DNA of 63,012 bases, filler included, from Octopus bimaculoides (taxonomy: Eukaryota): the NCBI RefSeq assembly GCF_001194135.2. It is 6 parts of 6 records of this genome, joined end to end, with 100 filler letters (N's around TTAATTAATTAA, not from the genome) between each part and the next. Parts side by side here need not be neighbours in the genome. Positions count along the whole stretch, not along the records: positions 23,325 to 26,604 come from NC_068984.1; positions 26,705 to 54,104 come from NC_069004.1; 4 more parts are not named here. The stretch is one strand, 5' to 3'. The position numbers and the translations under genes were made by a program. Below are positions 26,588 to 40,079 of the stretch, one piece after another. The first letter of the stretch is position 1. Each line of letters starts with the position of its first letter. Below the pieces are notes generated by a model. It searched no databases. It was not told the origin of the DNA and saw only the letters and a list, made by a program, of their open reading frames with translations.

Positions 26588-28299
26588 TGTATATGTACAT
26601 ATATNNNNNNNNNNNNNNNNNNNNNNNNNNNNNNNNNNNNNNNNNNNNTTAATTAATTAANNNNNNNNNNNNNNNNNNNNNNNNNNNNNNNNNNNNNNNN
26701 NNNNACTACCACCACCCTCGTCACCGCTACTACCACCACCACCACCACCATCATCACCATCACAACAACCACAGTCGCCATCCTCATCACCGTCATTACT
26801 ACTACCGCCCACCGCCGCCAACTACCACCACCACATCCACCACCACCACACCCACCACCACCACATCCACCACCACCAAAGAAAAATAGAAGTGCGAACA
26901 CACTGGTGAATGACGGAGATTTAAAATAATAAAAACCATAGAAATCTCCTTGTAAATATTCTATGATGTGTACAACAGCAACAAAAATACACCATTGACT
27001 TCAGATAAAGCAGCATAAAGACACATATCACTTTCGCTTAAGCTGAGTTAACATCGATGTGTCTCAAACAGAAACTGTAAAGAAACAGAAGAGAACCTAG
27101 GAAAATTTATGAGCATAGATCAACGTAAACACCTGTCCAGCTAGAAGAAAGGATAAATAACAGGGCCCCGCAAAAAGTTCCTTCAATAGAACCCAATTTC
27201 TTGAATGTCAAAAGGTTCAATTATTTAATTTACTCGGTAGTGGTGGCTGCATCGAGTGAAACCATGCTTCATCCTAATAGAATCAAGGACCTTTCACAAC
27301 CAAACCTATGAGAAAATGGAAAGGCTTGTCATTCAATAGTAAAATTGCAAAGTAAGGAACCAAAATGAAACACAAATAACTAAGAAGCGTAACACCAATA
27401 GAATAAAATACATTGTGGAACAACAAAGGTAAGCAAGATGAGACGCTTCGAAAAAAGTGAGCACTTTTGATGGATGAATAAGGTCTTAGAATCAAATACG
27501 AAATTTTTTATGAAGACATTAACAGGAAGAAAAAAAAATGACGGCAATTAATCTTACAAGTAGCCAATGTTTGGCAGGCTCCATAAAGTGATTTCCCATT
27601 TCTTTGCATATTATCCGTTTTGCAACATGTGTAAGGCCTGGGTTTTCTAATCTAAACTGTCATTCTTGTGTCACTAACCCAGGGTCCACCACAGAATACA
27701 ACTCTGGAATGACCTTGTAGTCTTGAGGGATAATAAGAACCTGCAAGCGCATACTGGCCTCTTCCGACCACATGCGATGTACGACTATATGTGCGCTAAT
27801 TCCCTACCCATATTTCTTTACCAACACACCATTAAACTAGGATCCAATGTCACGTGTTATACTTCTCTTGTTATACTGCCCCATATACTGGAACATAGTT
27901 TATTAATTCTAACGGACGCCAATATTTCTCTGAAAGAAATGGTAAACGGATAGAAAGATCTGTAAATATAGATACCTAAAATATGGGTGTTTAAATTAAA
28001 ATAATGTTCATGAGTTATATAATAATAAAAAGTAACACAGACATATATAAATCATAACATCAAAACCTACATAAAAAAACATACAGAAAATATCACTACT
28101 ATCCATTACACAATTATTACGTAGAGTATACTCAAAATGAGAATGGGATACTCAATCGTTCTACCCCTCAAACCATACACCATATCATCTTTAAAAAAAG
28201 GACGTATTGGATAATGTAGTTCTATATATACTAAAACTGAAAGAAAAGAAAAAGAAAAATGAATAGGATAATCACGGTTGAAGCACTGTTTTTCATAGA

Positions 28300-29169
28300 T
28301 ACTAAATGCATTCCAGGTGTTTTGTGTTTTCTTTAGGAGAGATAGTTATAACTGTCTCCGATTATTGTAATTTTAGTATAACATTATTATATATCTAATA
28401 AGCTGACCAGCCAACTTTTGTAATTACAGACTGGAGGGAAACACACCCTACTAAACACTGCTTGTCACAGCTTACTAGTTTGCAGAATGCAGTCGGGATG
28501 TTTGGAAACTTGCTATGCTATAAAGTTTTGCGCTAAACAAGGCATAAACAATACAGAAACTTATGAAATGCTCCAAACTGCTTATGGATTAACTTCTTTC
28601 GCTAGTACAAGAGGTACAAGGACGGTGAGAGGCGATGAGATGTATGGGAAACGAAGAGACACCAGAACATCAGAACTGGTTGAGAAAATACGCAATTTTC
28701 TGGATAAAGACTGTCGGCCGTCGATAGAAACAATATGCATACAGTTTGGTGTGGGCAACTGTACACAAAAATGTTCATAAAGATCGAAACATGCACAAAA
28801 TTTGTACAAAGTTTGTTCTCAGGGTGCTCAGTGAGAAGCATCCTGGTAAGAAACTACTTGACAGAGATATGCATCAAAACTGTTCTCCACCCTTCCTAAA
28901 ATCCAGGTCTTGCTCTCTGTGAGTTTCCCAATTAAGCTGAAGAAGAACCTCACGGGCAGTCGTTTTCGAGATGAAAGAGGTTATGACAAGGGCCCCGAAC
29001 ATCTTCATTTTGGAGGACCTCTATGGGATCTTCCACGAAGTGGCTGGGATGTTATGATAAGTGCAATGAAGCCAGAGGACTCTACCTTGAAAGAAATGGG
29101 AGTTTTGTACTTCTTTGAAATTAATGTCTCGCCTGAAAAAGTTTGAAAACTTCTGGAATGCACTTTGTA
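28300..29169 (+). mobile_element. Internally deleted mariner-type element (same family as 50096-51009)
   Basis: Degenerate TIRs TACTAAATGCATTCCAGG / AAAACTTCTGGAATGCACTTTGTA; N-terminal HTH-like CYAIKFCAKQGINNTETYEMLQTAYG; KFVLRVLSE. Confidence 0.8.
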
Positions 29170-30779
29170 CATTCAATTAAGCCTTCTCTTGCATAAGCAA
29201 CGAAACAACTGTATGTATTCATCTGGAAGAATAGACATTTCACATGGGAGTTGCGTTAACTTTACTGCTGATAAAATTGCTTATATCATCTTCAGATTAC
29301 TAAATCTAGAAGAAACAGATAAGGTCCTTCATTTCTGATTGAAACATCTCAGTGCTTTACTTAAAACAAATTATCTGTTGCACAAATTGGGATGACCAGA
29401 GAAACACCCTTTTATTATGTTATTTATTTCTAGTAAGATTGTCGAGCAGAGAAAGAATGACACTACCACAAACAACATCAACCTGAACAAAGATCTACAA
29501 ACATTATGGCGTTGAGGACAGGTACTTGATAACACTACTTGTATGAAAGAAATAATTACAAAAGAGTACAATTACCGAATATGTCTTGTCCTTAAGTTCG
29601 AAGTGAATTCCTGTAATAAGATCATTACGTCTAGTAATCTCACAGTAGAAGTATATATTTCCGTATCATTGAATGGGTGAAATAGGAAATGAAAAAGTTC
29701 AACAGAATAAAAGGAAATGTTTACCATGCACCACCGAAATGTTAATGTAAATAGAGTCTAAAGAGAGAAGCATCCGTCGATTCATTCAACTAAGTTCGGC
29801 TTGTCATCATTTCTGAGCTGAAGCGGGTAAAAGTAGGTATAATTCTATAGTGCCAATGAGGCCACCAAAACCAAGTACTCTCTTTTTTTTTTATAGAGAG
29901 GAAAGAGTTACAGTGCCCATGCTCTTTACAAGATTTGCTAGACTGGTGAAATCGAGAGTTTTTATACGGTTTTTTTATCAACCAATAATGCAATTTATCT
30001 GACGATTAAAACCTGGGTTATAGTAAAAAAAGAGATAAAGAAGGGGTGAGCCTAAAGATTAAGGAAATCAAATATGGTAGTTATAATTCCGGGAATATTT
30101 GCTGACTAAGACAGTTGATCAGAGATTTGTTAGAAAGAGGTGGCAGTTTGGCAGAGATCTTGGCAAAAGACCAGAAACACATGGCTTCAGTTGGGAAAGT
30201 GCGGAAGTTGTGAAAAATAAAAGATGAGCGTCTGTAAATACGCATGGAAATCTGTTTACTGATTAATCTCAGTGGAAGATTTTCTTCGGATATTTTAGGT
30301 CCTATTCTTCATTTGTATTACAGCTGCGCAGATACAAGTAAACTCATAAAGAATGTTCGTATAAGATTGTTATGGCGTATGTAATATGCGCAGAATAATC
30401 CTTTAGATATTTTTTATTTGAAAACCAAGTCTTGAGTAGTACACATCCTACAGAAATAGGAAACAGTTTGAACAATGCTGTATATGAAATGCACAGGAAG
30501 ATTTGTGGTGATAATGAGGCTAGATGAGGTTTACAGACTGACATGATGATGATATAAAGGTCGGACCGAGATTTAAAGAAAAGTCGGAGTATTTTGATTT
30601 AGTGGGTGTAAGTTGGCACTAAATAAGTTTAAATTAAAGCGATAGATCTAACTTGCTGTCCGATGTTGTTGTTATTGTTGTTGATGATGCTGATGTTGAT
30701 GATGATGTTGTTGATGATGTTATTGTCGTCGTAGTTCTTGTCATTGCTTCCGTCATCGCCGTTGTCATTGTTGTTATTG

Positions 30780-30965
30780 AGGTTGCCTAGCCCGAAGTCA
30801 GTCCTAATTGAGCAGACCTTTATTCAAAGACGGTCCAATCGTGGCCATCCCATTTTATATTAGAGACTACATTATCCATTGTATTTGCCTATGTTTAAGA
30901 CCATACAGTGTAATTTGAGGGAAATTTAGCTGCAATTTCGACTACGTAGAGGCTCCCTCGTTAGT
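30780..30965 (+). mobile_element. Interspersed repeat family C fragment
   Basis: CCCGAAGTCAGTCCTAATTGAGCAGACC resembles the reverse complement of 51376-51420 and 19150-19190. Confidence 0.45.
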
Positions 30966-31179
30966 AATAATAAATGATGGGCATTGATGTGTTATAATCG
31001 GTGGCGGTCATATCGATGGAGATGATGTTCCAATGAAATATTACGATGTTTCTTAAGAAAACGATGTAATCAATCTTTGCTTGTGATTTCATTCTCCATC
31101 CACGGCTGGAATATCTTCAGGCAAAGTTGACTCGCATATCCAAATACCAAACGCTTAGCACCTTTTTGACCTTAAATGC

Positions 31180-32332
31180 TACAAAGAGGGTGGGCTGAAA
31201 AGTTAATGAGCTGACTATGAAGGAGTGGTACTAGAACTGTTAAATCTTGCACGCATTAATTTCAACTCTTTTTATTGATATCTGCATTGTTCATTTCCAG
31301 GTAAACTGACTGTTCAAAGAAGACTTCAAAACTAACGAGTAGAGAGTGGACAAAAGTTGGCATCACAGTGTTATGAAGTACCTGCAGAAAAGGGCTTTAG
31401 CAACCATAAGGATATTCATGCTGTCATGGTTGTTACATTAGATGACGCTCCCGCTTTATCAACAGTAAACATATGAGCAGCTGAGTTTAGAAGTAGAACG
31501 GAGAATCTTGAAGACGAACTAAGGCTGACAGGCGATTGACTATTAATTAAATAGCCAATGTTATTATCATAGTCTATGAGAGAGTTGCAAAAATTCTGCT
31601 CTATGAAATTGGCATGACGAAGATTTCTGCTCGGTGGCTGCTCAAAAGCGCACCAGGTTGATCACGGGAAAACCTGACACTGTCTGAGGCAGATCCAACT
31701 AGTTTCTTTGAACGTTTCCTAACCCGGGATGAGTGTTGGCGCCATCACTTTTGGTCAAAGACAAAGTGACAATCCATTCAGTGGAAACATTCCTTCCCGT
31801 CTGCTCCAAATCGTCATTTCATATGCAGAGAAGGTGATAGCCTCAATTTTGCGGGGCTGCAAAAAGCATTGTGTTTCTGACTATCTGCAAAAGGGCCACA
31901 TTATCAATGGAGAGTAGTATGTCCACTTGCTGAGGCTGTTACGAAGACTGACGAAAACTGACGAAAAGGGTCTTGTTTCATCAGGGCAATGCTCCAGCAC
32001 ACAAGTCCTTGGTTTCAATGGCTGCTGTGGGTGATTGTGGCTTTGAACTGCTTGATCAACCTTCCTGTTCTCCTGATTTGACCCCATCTGACTATCATCT
32101 GTTCCCCATCATGAAAAAACATTGGGCTGGGAACCAGTATCCCAGTGATGATGGTATCATATCTGCTGCTGATGCCTTCTTTGACTAACAGGAGGAAAAC
32201 TTCTTCACCAGTGGAATCGAAACACTGCAACACCGATGGAAGAAGTTTGAAGACTGCAAGGGAGATTATGCTGGAAAAAAACCCTCATTTAGTGACATTC
32301 CATAAAAGTATGTTTGTCAGTCGACCCTCGTA
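31180..32332 (+). pseudogene. Mariner transposase relic with degenerate TIRs
   Basis: FLTRDECWRHH, FHQGNAPAHKS, DQPSCSPDLTPSDYHLFPIMKKH; ends GAGGGTGGGCTGAAAA / TTTGTCAGTCGACCCTCGTA. Confidence 0.85.
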
Positions 32333-32444
32333 CATGTTACAGTGTAAGCGCCGGCGTACATGTAATCGTGTTGTCAGTTGGAACATGATGAGCGTTGTTA
32401 GCTGGAACATGTTGCATTCAGTCCCACTGTCACGAATGCACCGA

Positions 32445-32451
32445 AATATGT

Positions 32452-32516
<65 letters not shown>

Positions 32517-32592
32517 CTGCTGTTATTGTTGTTGTTGTTGCTGCTGTTGTCATTGGTGTTGTCGTCGTCGTCGTCGTTGTTGTTGTTGTTAA
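32445..32592. repeat. Phase-locked compound microsatellite (GCA)n-(GTA)n-(GTT)n-(GTC)n-(GTT)n
   Basis: Directly visible. Confidence 0.9.
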
Positions 32593-33037
32593 ATGGGAAC
32601 GTGAAGCATTTAAACTCAGAAGGATGCTTAGAGTTTGAGATCTGAATATGCGAGTCAAGTTTGCCTGAAGATACGTCGTTGTTGGGATTATTTTCAAGTA
32701 AAAAGAGATGCAAGATGGGATATGCTCCAGTTAACACTTCTCACCATGTTCGAGCTAACCACACACACTAATGGCCTCAACATATGCAAGCCTGTAACAC
32801 AAACTAGAATGAACGCACTATTTACTGCTACATTCCGATCGCTTCCTGCTAAACAATCAACACTAAAGCGTTCATTTCTTGCTGCATTATTTATTAAAGA
32901 AAATTCTATCAAGTAAAAGTGTTACTTTTGAGATCGCATGATTGTAGCACATTCCTCTCTTATTTATATCTGCTGTAAAGGGTGTTTCAACTTACCTCAT
33001 ATTTAAAGTACCTCCATTTACCAATATATGCATATAC

Positions 33038-33164
<127 letters not shown>

Positions 33165-33189
33165 TGTGCGTGTGTGTGTATATACATCA

Positions 33190-36100
33190 TAACGGAAAGG
33201 ATCCGATTTCCAGTCCTCAGTGGAAATCACACAGTTTATTTTGCTGGGTATGATGGAAAGTGTCAGCTGTCCACAACCAGCAGACTAAGGTGACACTTGT
33301 TTACCGGTCATGCTTCAAGAACCCTGCGAAGAATTCTTGCAGCTCCAAGCAATGCTGATTTTTGTTGGTGTTCTACCTTCACACTCGCACAGATCTTTTT
33401 CGGCCATGTTGGTAGTTGAGTGCTGGTACTTCCAAGTGCACCAGTTACTGGTGGTATCACAACTACTCTCTTCATTGACCACAACCTTTGCATTTCCCAC
33501 TTCAAATCGTCATAGTTGTTTATTTTTCTTCTTTCACATTGATCCTGTTGTCACCGGGGCATGCCATGTCGATTATCGTACGTGTTCTTTCTTTTCTATT
33601 TACCACAACAATGTCCAGTTCCGATGTCTGGTCGGGTGATCACACATTGCATCCTACAAGATTTTACAATTCTCATTTTTGGTGACTCCTTCTGGAGTTT
33701 TCTCATACCACGTATTTGCTCATTGCAGGCCATGATTTCCACAAAACTCCCAATGGATCTTTCTTGCCACATCGTCATGGCGTCTTTCGTATTCGCGTTG
33801 TGCCAATTTCGGGCATTTGCTAATGATGTGCCATACCGTTTCACCCCTTTCACCTCACTTTCTGCATTTGTCGCTATCGGTAGTGTTGCCTATTCTGCAC
33901 TTCATATAGTTGGTCTTAAACGCTTGTTCCTGAGCTGCATATATGAGTGCTTCTGTCTCTATCTTCAGGTCACTTTTCCTCATCCATAGCTCCACAGGTC
34001 CTCTGTATCTGTTTTGGCGTTCACATTTCTTGCAAACTGACCGTACATTTTCTTTTCCTTCCATGATTTTTCTTTTCTTTTCTTTCTTTTTTTTTGTTCA
34101 TTTCTTGTTTAAATTTTTCTTTAGTTACACAATTTTCAGTTTTGATGACGCCGGCCTTCTTCGTGTGTTTCAACAGTGGCTCCACGGCATTTTTTTATAT
34201 ACCACCCTAAGCTGTTTTCCTCTGCTTCGATACAGTCCTGGCAACTGATCAAACCTCTCCCACCCTTTCTTCTGGACAAGTACAGCCTATCGGTGTCACT
34301 CTTAAGGTGGAAGGCTCCGTGTACTGTCAACATTTTTCTGGTCTCGGTATCTATTTTCTTCACTTCTCTCTTTTGCCATTTTATAATTCCCGCTCCACAC
34401 CGAATTGATGCTATCGCCGACGTATTAACTACTTGGGTCTTATCCCATCCAGTCAATTTTGAGCGCAGCAATAACCTCAGTCTTCGGAAATACTCCATCC
34501 TCAGTTGCTCTTTCATTTCCTTTTCCATTATCTCGTTGAACTCCAGTACACCAAGGTATTTGTATCCTTCCGTTTCAGTTTGTTTAATCAATTCTTTATT
34601 CAATAATTCTATCCCTGTTAGGGACTGCAATTTGCCTCTTTCTAGGTAGATTATTCCGCACTTCTTGAGTCCAAATTCCATTCTAATATCAGTACAAAAT
34701 CAGTGGACCGTGTTCAGCAAGGAATTCACTTGTGCCTCATCTTTGCTATACAGTTTCAAATCATCCATGAAGAGGAGGTGGTTGATTGTTTGGGATTTTC
34801 CCTTTAGTTGGTACCCCAGGTTCATTTTCCTAAGTGCCAAGGTCAGAGATATCATGCAGAGAACAAAAAGCAACGGAGATAAGCTATCGCCCTGGAAAAT
34901 CCCTCTTCTGATACCCAGGGTGCCCAAGCTTTTTCCGTAAGATGTCAGTTCAGTTTTCCACCCCACCATACTTTCCTTCAGGAAACACGTTACATTCCTC
35001 GCAATTCCAAACAGATCTAAGCACTCGATGATCCACAAATACCATAAGCTTTGCAATAGTCAATCCAGGCCATTCCCAGATTTGTTTTCCTTGCATTATT
35101 ACTTTGTCTATCAATAGTTGATCTTTGGTACCTCTGCATCTCCTTCTCCAGCCTTTTTGTTCCGTCAGTAATATATCGTCCTCATCAAGAAATTTATACA
35201 GTTCTTCTGCAATTCCTCCTGAGAGTAACTTCCACATTAATGGGGGGGGGGTCAGGAAATTAGTCTGTAATTGTCAGCAGCATTTCCCTTTCATGCATCC
35301 TTCAGGCACAACACCGTTCGTCCTTTTGTCAACCAGCCCGGGATTTCATCTTCTCCATTGATCAATGCATTAAATTGCTATGCGATCAATTTATGGCAAC
35401 TACTGAACTTTTTTATCCAAAACTCCTGTACACAATCAGGTCCTGCTATTTTCCAATTTCTTATCTTTTTATTCATATTTCTGAAACTGTCTTCTGTGAA
35501 GTGGATAGCTCTTGCTGGGGATAAGAAACTGTTTACTAGGTAAAAATCTTTTTTGATCGGTTCTAAACAATTCGTTTTGCCGGTATTGCTTAATCCGTTG
35601 TTCAAACCTAGTTAGCTTTGCTTTTTTTCTTTTTTTTTTTTTTTGCATGTATGCTTCAGTTCTTCAATTACAACATTCAGGCCTTTTGTATCTACACCAT
35701 ACTTTATCCTAACTTTTTCGAATTTCCATTCATTCTTAAGTTCTCCATGTCTTTTCCTAACAAGTATTGACACGACGCTGTTCAAGGAGTTTATATCTTC
35801 AAAAATTCTCCTTTTCCAGCACAGTCATTTATTTCCTTTTCTATCCGTCGCTGTTCTGTTCTCAGTAGTTCTCAATCCCATCATTTCTACCACAATCCTA
35901 TTAGCAGCCTTGATAAGGTTATTTGCTTGTGTTACGTTATTTGTTTCAATGTGTCACAATACATTATTGACTTTACTCGTCTCTTGATTTAGTCTTCATT
36001 GGTTAGGCTTCTTTAAGTCGCACATAAATTCTGTCCTTTCTGTCTATTAATCGATCTTCATTGTTTGAGTAGTCACTGATCTCAATTCTTTCACAATTCC
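33190..36100 (-). mobile_element. Decayed R4/Dong-like non-LTR retrotransposon (RT, CCHC zinc knuckle, restriction-like endonuclease)
   Basis: RRGIFQGDSLSPLLFVLCM, HLLFMDDLKLYSK, MEFGLKKC, RLYLSRRKGGRGL, TEALIYAAQEQA, CRK..ETVWHIISKC..RRHDDVA, LWSMKRVVVIPPVTGALG...LLGAARILRRVLEA*; many frameshifts. Confidence 0.92.
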
Positions 36101-36287
36101 CTATCTCCTCCTTTTCCATGATAATTCCTTATTTCGAACTCAAATATTTACCTCTGTTTAACCATCTCACATCCTCTCTGATGAAGGGATATCCCAGAAA
36201 CAGCTGTAAGACTATATCTATATCTTTTTTCCTTATAAATGTCCTGGAAACTCCTCACAGCCTTGGCTTTGTTATCTCATTTTGTCT

Positions 36288-36290
<3 letters not shown>
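36100..36290 (+). mobile_element. Penelope-type terminal repeat (pLTR)-like fragment
   Basis: Carries a minimal hammerhead motif; pLTR identity is inferred from that. Confidence 0.5.
36175..36211 (+). ncRNA. Minimal type I hammerhead ribozyme motif
   Basis: TCT-CTGATGA-A-GGGATATCCC-A-GAAA-CAGCTG-TA|AGA: stem I TCT/AGA, palindromic stem II, palindromic stem III ACAGCTGT, GUA site after 36208. Confidence 0.7.
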
Positions 36291-36321
<31 letters not shown>

Positions 36322-36349
36322 TGTATGTATGTATGTATTTATGTGTGTG

Positions 36350-36565
36350 TGTTTGTGTCTGTATTTGTCTCCCCAGCACCATTCCTTGACAACCGATGTT
36401 AGTGTGTTTGCGTCCCCGTACATTAGCTGTTCGACAGAAAAGACTGATAGAATAAGCACCAGGCTTACAGGGAATGTGTCCAGGGGTCGATTTCTTCGAC
36501 TAAAGGGCGATGCTCCAGCATGACTACCATCAAATGACTGAAACAAGTAAAAGAATAAAAGAATA
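36350..36565 (+). mobile_element. SINE family B 3' half
   Basis: CTTGACAACCGATGTTAGTGTGTTTGCGTCCCCGTA...GGCGATGCTCCAGCATGACT...GAAACAAGTAAAAGAATAAAAG. Confidence 0.85.
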
Positions 36566-36831
36566 CCAGAAGAACGTTCTGTACCACTAAACCGAGAAAG
36601 TTCTTTAAATGTGATCGATGTATTTTAAGGTTAAATAGTAATTCTGTTTACGTTTGCGTAACAGATATTTTGATTGGATTATATAGTTATCGGTTTTACA
36701 CATCTCTCTATATTCTGTAATTGTCACATTATAGAAACACTTCTCATGGCACCAGCACACAATTTAGAGATGCTTACATTTTTTTAATGTTTTCTGTGAA
36801 GTTTTCACGGGTCCAGCTAGTCATTATTATT

Positions 36832-37171
36832 GAGAGAGCAATGCATGACATCAAAGTGACACTGGGGTAAAATATATGAAGTTCAGTATACCCATCATGA
36901 CTACCCGTCTGATAAGGGTACACCAGGCACATGCATCACAACCATACGTGCGCGACATGGTAATCTTATATCAAGATAACAGCGCATGACCTCGCAGGTG
37001 GAGACCAATAAGAATTTTCCTCGGGTCGAGTAGCCCACCCCGCTCAAAAGCTCCCTGAATAAGAGTTGTTTAAGGATGTTGAACGAAACGCCCATGTTTC
37101 CAGAGATGAATTATCCAAACTCCAAAGAATTCCTCTCAACACATAGCTATGATGCTCCCCCACTGCTTCTG

Positions 37172-37174
<3 letters not shown>
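36832..37174 (-). mobile_element. Element X (non-coding, (AAT)n-tailed), 3' half
   Basis: Clearly homologous to 38924-39270; bounded by ATT repeats on both sides. Confidence 0.75.
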
Positions 37175-37224
<50 letters not shown>

Positions 37225-37245
37225 CATCATCATCATCATTATTAT

Positions 37246-37562
37246 TGTCATTTTATGTTTGACTTTTGCTTTGCATTTGTACAAGATGTCTCCAAGTCTC
37301 ACCCAGAGACCTCAGGAGACAACAAGTTAGAAGTTCATGTTGGTGTTATGCCTAGGGTGCCATATATTTGGATTTGTACATAGTGTTGTCCTAGGGAATG
37401 TTTAAGAAACCATAAGAAAATTGTGTTTGTTTTAAAACTTGAGATTGCATATACAGTATTTTACGTAAGGTATGGGCAGTTCCAATGAGCACTCTCTTTT
37501 GAATTTCTGCCATTTGGGGGTTTCCTGGTATCCGAACTAGGTAGCAATCAGCCCCTTTTGCT
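37246..37562 (-). mobile_element. 5'-truncated R4/Dong-like 3' end (subfamily a) in (AAT)n
   Basis: Minus strand KGADCYLVRIPGNPQMAEIQKRVLIGTAHTLRKILY, followed by a probable 3' UTR. Confidence 0.8.
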
Positions 37563-37570
37563 ACTACTAC

Positions 37571-37615
<45 letters not shown>

Positions 37616-37616
<1 letters not shown>

Positions 37617-37879
37617 GTTCAGTAGTTTTATTTTTATAACGTGCTTTCACTTCACTACCGAGCGCAGCTCTGTGCGCCTTGGGTATGTGCTGTGGTTTGC
37701 TGTGGTGCTCTTATGTTTACTGTATTGAAAGTGTTTTGCGTAGAATGTGTGCAGTACTCAGTAGTGCAATTTTCTGTATGTTATATATATTTGTAAGTCC
37801 TGGTATTTTTGTTATGTATTTGTCTGAATATTTTTTTATTATATCTAAGGCACCTACTATGATAGGAATTGTTTCTGTT
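37616..37879 (-). mobile_element. R4/Dong-like 3' end (subfamily b) in (AAT)n
   Basis: Minus strand TETIPIIVGALDIIKKYSDKYITKIPGLTNIYNIQKIALLSTAHILRKTLSIQ*. Confidence 0.85.
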
Positions 37880-38673
37880 NNNNNNNNNNNNNNNNNNNNN
37901 NNNNNNNNNNNNNNNNNNNNNNNNNNNNNNNNNNNNNNNNNNNNNNNNNNNNNNNNNNNNNNNNNNNNNNNNNNNNNNNNNNNNNNNNNNNNNNNNNNNN
38001 NNNNNNNNNNNNNNNNNNNNNNNNNNNNNNNNNNNNNNNNNNNNNNNNNNNNNNNNNNNNNNNNNNNNNNNNNNNNNNNNNNNNNNNNNNNNNNNNNNNN
38101 NNNNNNNNNNNNNNNNNNNNNNNNNNNNNNNNNNNNNNNNNNNNNNNNNNNNNNNNNNNNNNNNNNNNNNNNNNNNNNNNNNNNNNNNNNNNNNNNNNNN
38201 NNNNNNNNNNNNNNNNNNNNNNNNNNNNNNNNNNNNNNNNNNNNNNNNNNNNNNNNNNNNNNNNNNNNNNNNNNNNNNNNNNNNNNNNNNNNNNNNNNNN
38301 NNNNNNNNNNNNNNNNNNNNNNNNNNNNNNNNNNNNNNNNNNNNNNNNNNNNNNNNNNNNNNNNNNNNNNNNNNNNNNNNNNNNNNNNNNNNNNNNNNNN
38401 NNNNNNNNNNNNNNNNNNNNNNNNNNNNNNNNNNNNNNNNNNNNNNNNNNNNNNNNNNNNNNNNNNNNNNNNNNNNNNNNNNNNNNNNNNNNNNNNNNNN
38501 NNNNNNNNNNNNNNNNNNNNNNNNNNNNNNNNNNNNNNNNNNNNNNNNNNNNNNNNNNNNNNNNNNNNNNNNNNNNNNNNNNNNNNNNNNNNNNNNNNNN
38601 NNNNNNNNNNNNNNNNNNNNNNNNNNNNNNNNNNNNNNNNNNNNNNNNNNNNNNNNNNNNNNNNNNNNNNNNN

Positions 38674-38901
<228 letters not shown>

Positions 38902-38923
38902 TTATTATTATTATTATTATTAT

Positions 38924-39465
38924 TGAGTGAGAAAACAGTTCATGCCAGCTAAGTGAGACTGGGGTAGAATATACGAAGCCCAATATACCCATTATGACTA
39001 CTCGTCTGATAAGGGTATACCAGGCACATGCATCACAATCATATGTGCGCGACATGGTGATCTTATATCAAGATAAACAGTGCATGACCTTGCAGGTTGG
39101 GCCCAGTTAGAATTTTCTTCAGGTCGAGTAGCCCATCCCGCTCAAAAGGTCCCTGAATAAGAGTTGGTTAAGGATGTTGAACGAAATATCTATGTTTCTA
39201 GAGGTGTAATTTTCAAAGAATTCTTCTCAGCACATGACTATGATGCTCCCCTACTACTTCTGCTCATGATCAGAGATGCACGTATCGTCAGCCACCAAGG
39301 GACATGCTCAACTGATTAAGGTCAAGCAACTGACAAGCAAATCTGTGGTATTATTTGTTGTATTTGTTGTAGCCCATCTTTTGTACCAAGACAAAACAAT
39401 GTACATGATAACACTTCCAGTCATTTAAGATCAGAAACCGCGAGAACCAGTACCTAGTACTGCAG
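38924..39465 (-). mobile_element. Element X, ~540-bp copy
   Basis: Homologous to 36832-37174 and to 19882-19942; 3' end runs into (AAT)n. Confidence 0.75.
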
Positions 39466-40079
39466 CATGATTGCTGTTGTTGTTGTTGTTGAAATATGAT
39501 ATGAAAGTTTAGTAGAATAGTTTATCGTTACGTTTTCTTTTTTTTTTTTTATTTAAATGTTCTTTATGAACGACAGATGCCAAAACGGCTGCCTCAGACT
39601 CACGCTTTTGATATCATTTTTGGTTCTCGTGGTAACATTATTATAAATCTTATAAACTCCATGAAATTGAAGCTATTCATAACTTCAATTTCATGGAGTT
39701 TATGCGTTGTTGTTTAAGCTATGTTCCAAAATAATACTTTTAATTAATGTTTTTTAAAAACAATAAGTGTGTATACGGATATTCAGTTTGTACGCGCCTG
39801 CGCAGACGCATATATATACACATATGTATTTTCAGACACACATATGTGCACAGAATTATATATTCATGTATACATACATGTATAGACATACACATATATA
39901 TACCAATATAAATATACTCACACATAGACATGCACTCACACTACTAACAAAACATTTTGAAAATCAACGTTTTTTCCTGAACCAGAACGATATTCAAAGA
40001 GACTTGTACTTGCATAAAAGATATTTAACCGCGTACGTACAACGTGTTGACTGTTCAATTTTTTTGTTCACACCAATTG

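Noticed and set aside
27000-30550. Unique-looking sequence outside the mariner relic, with short ORFs
   Set aside because: No sustained frame or known motif found; may be old repeats, and cannot be judged without a search.
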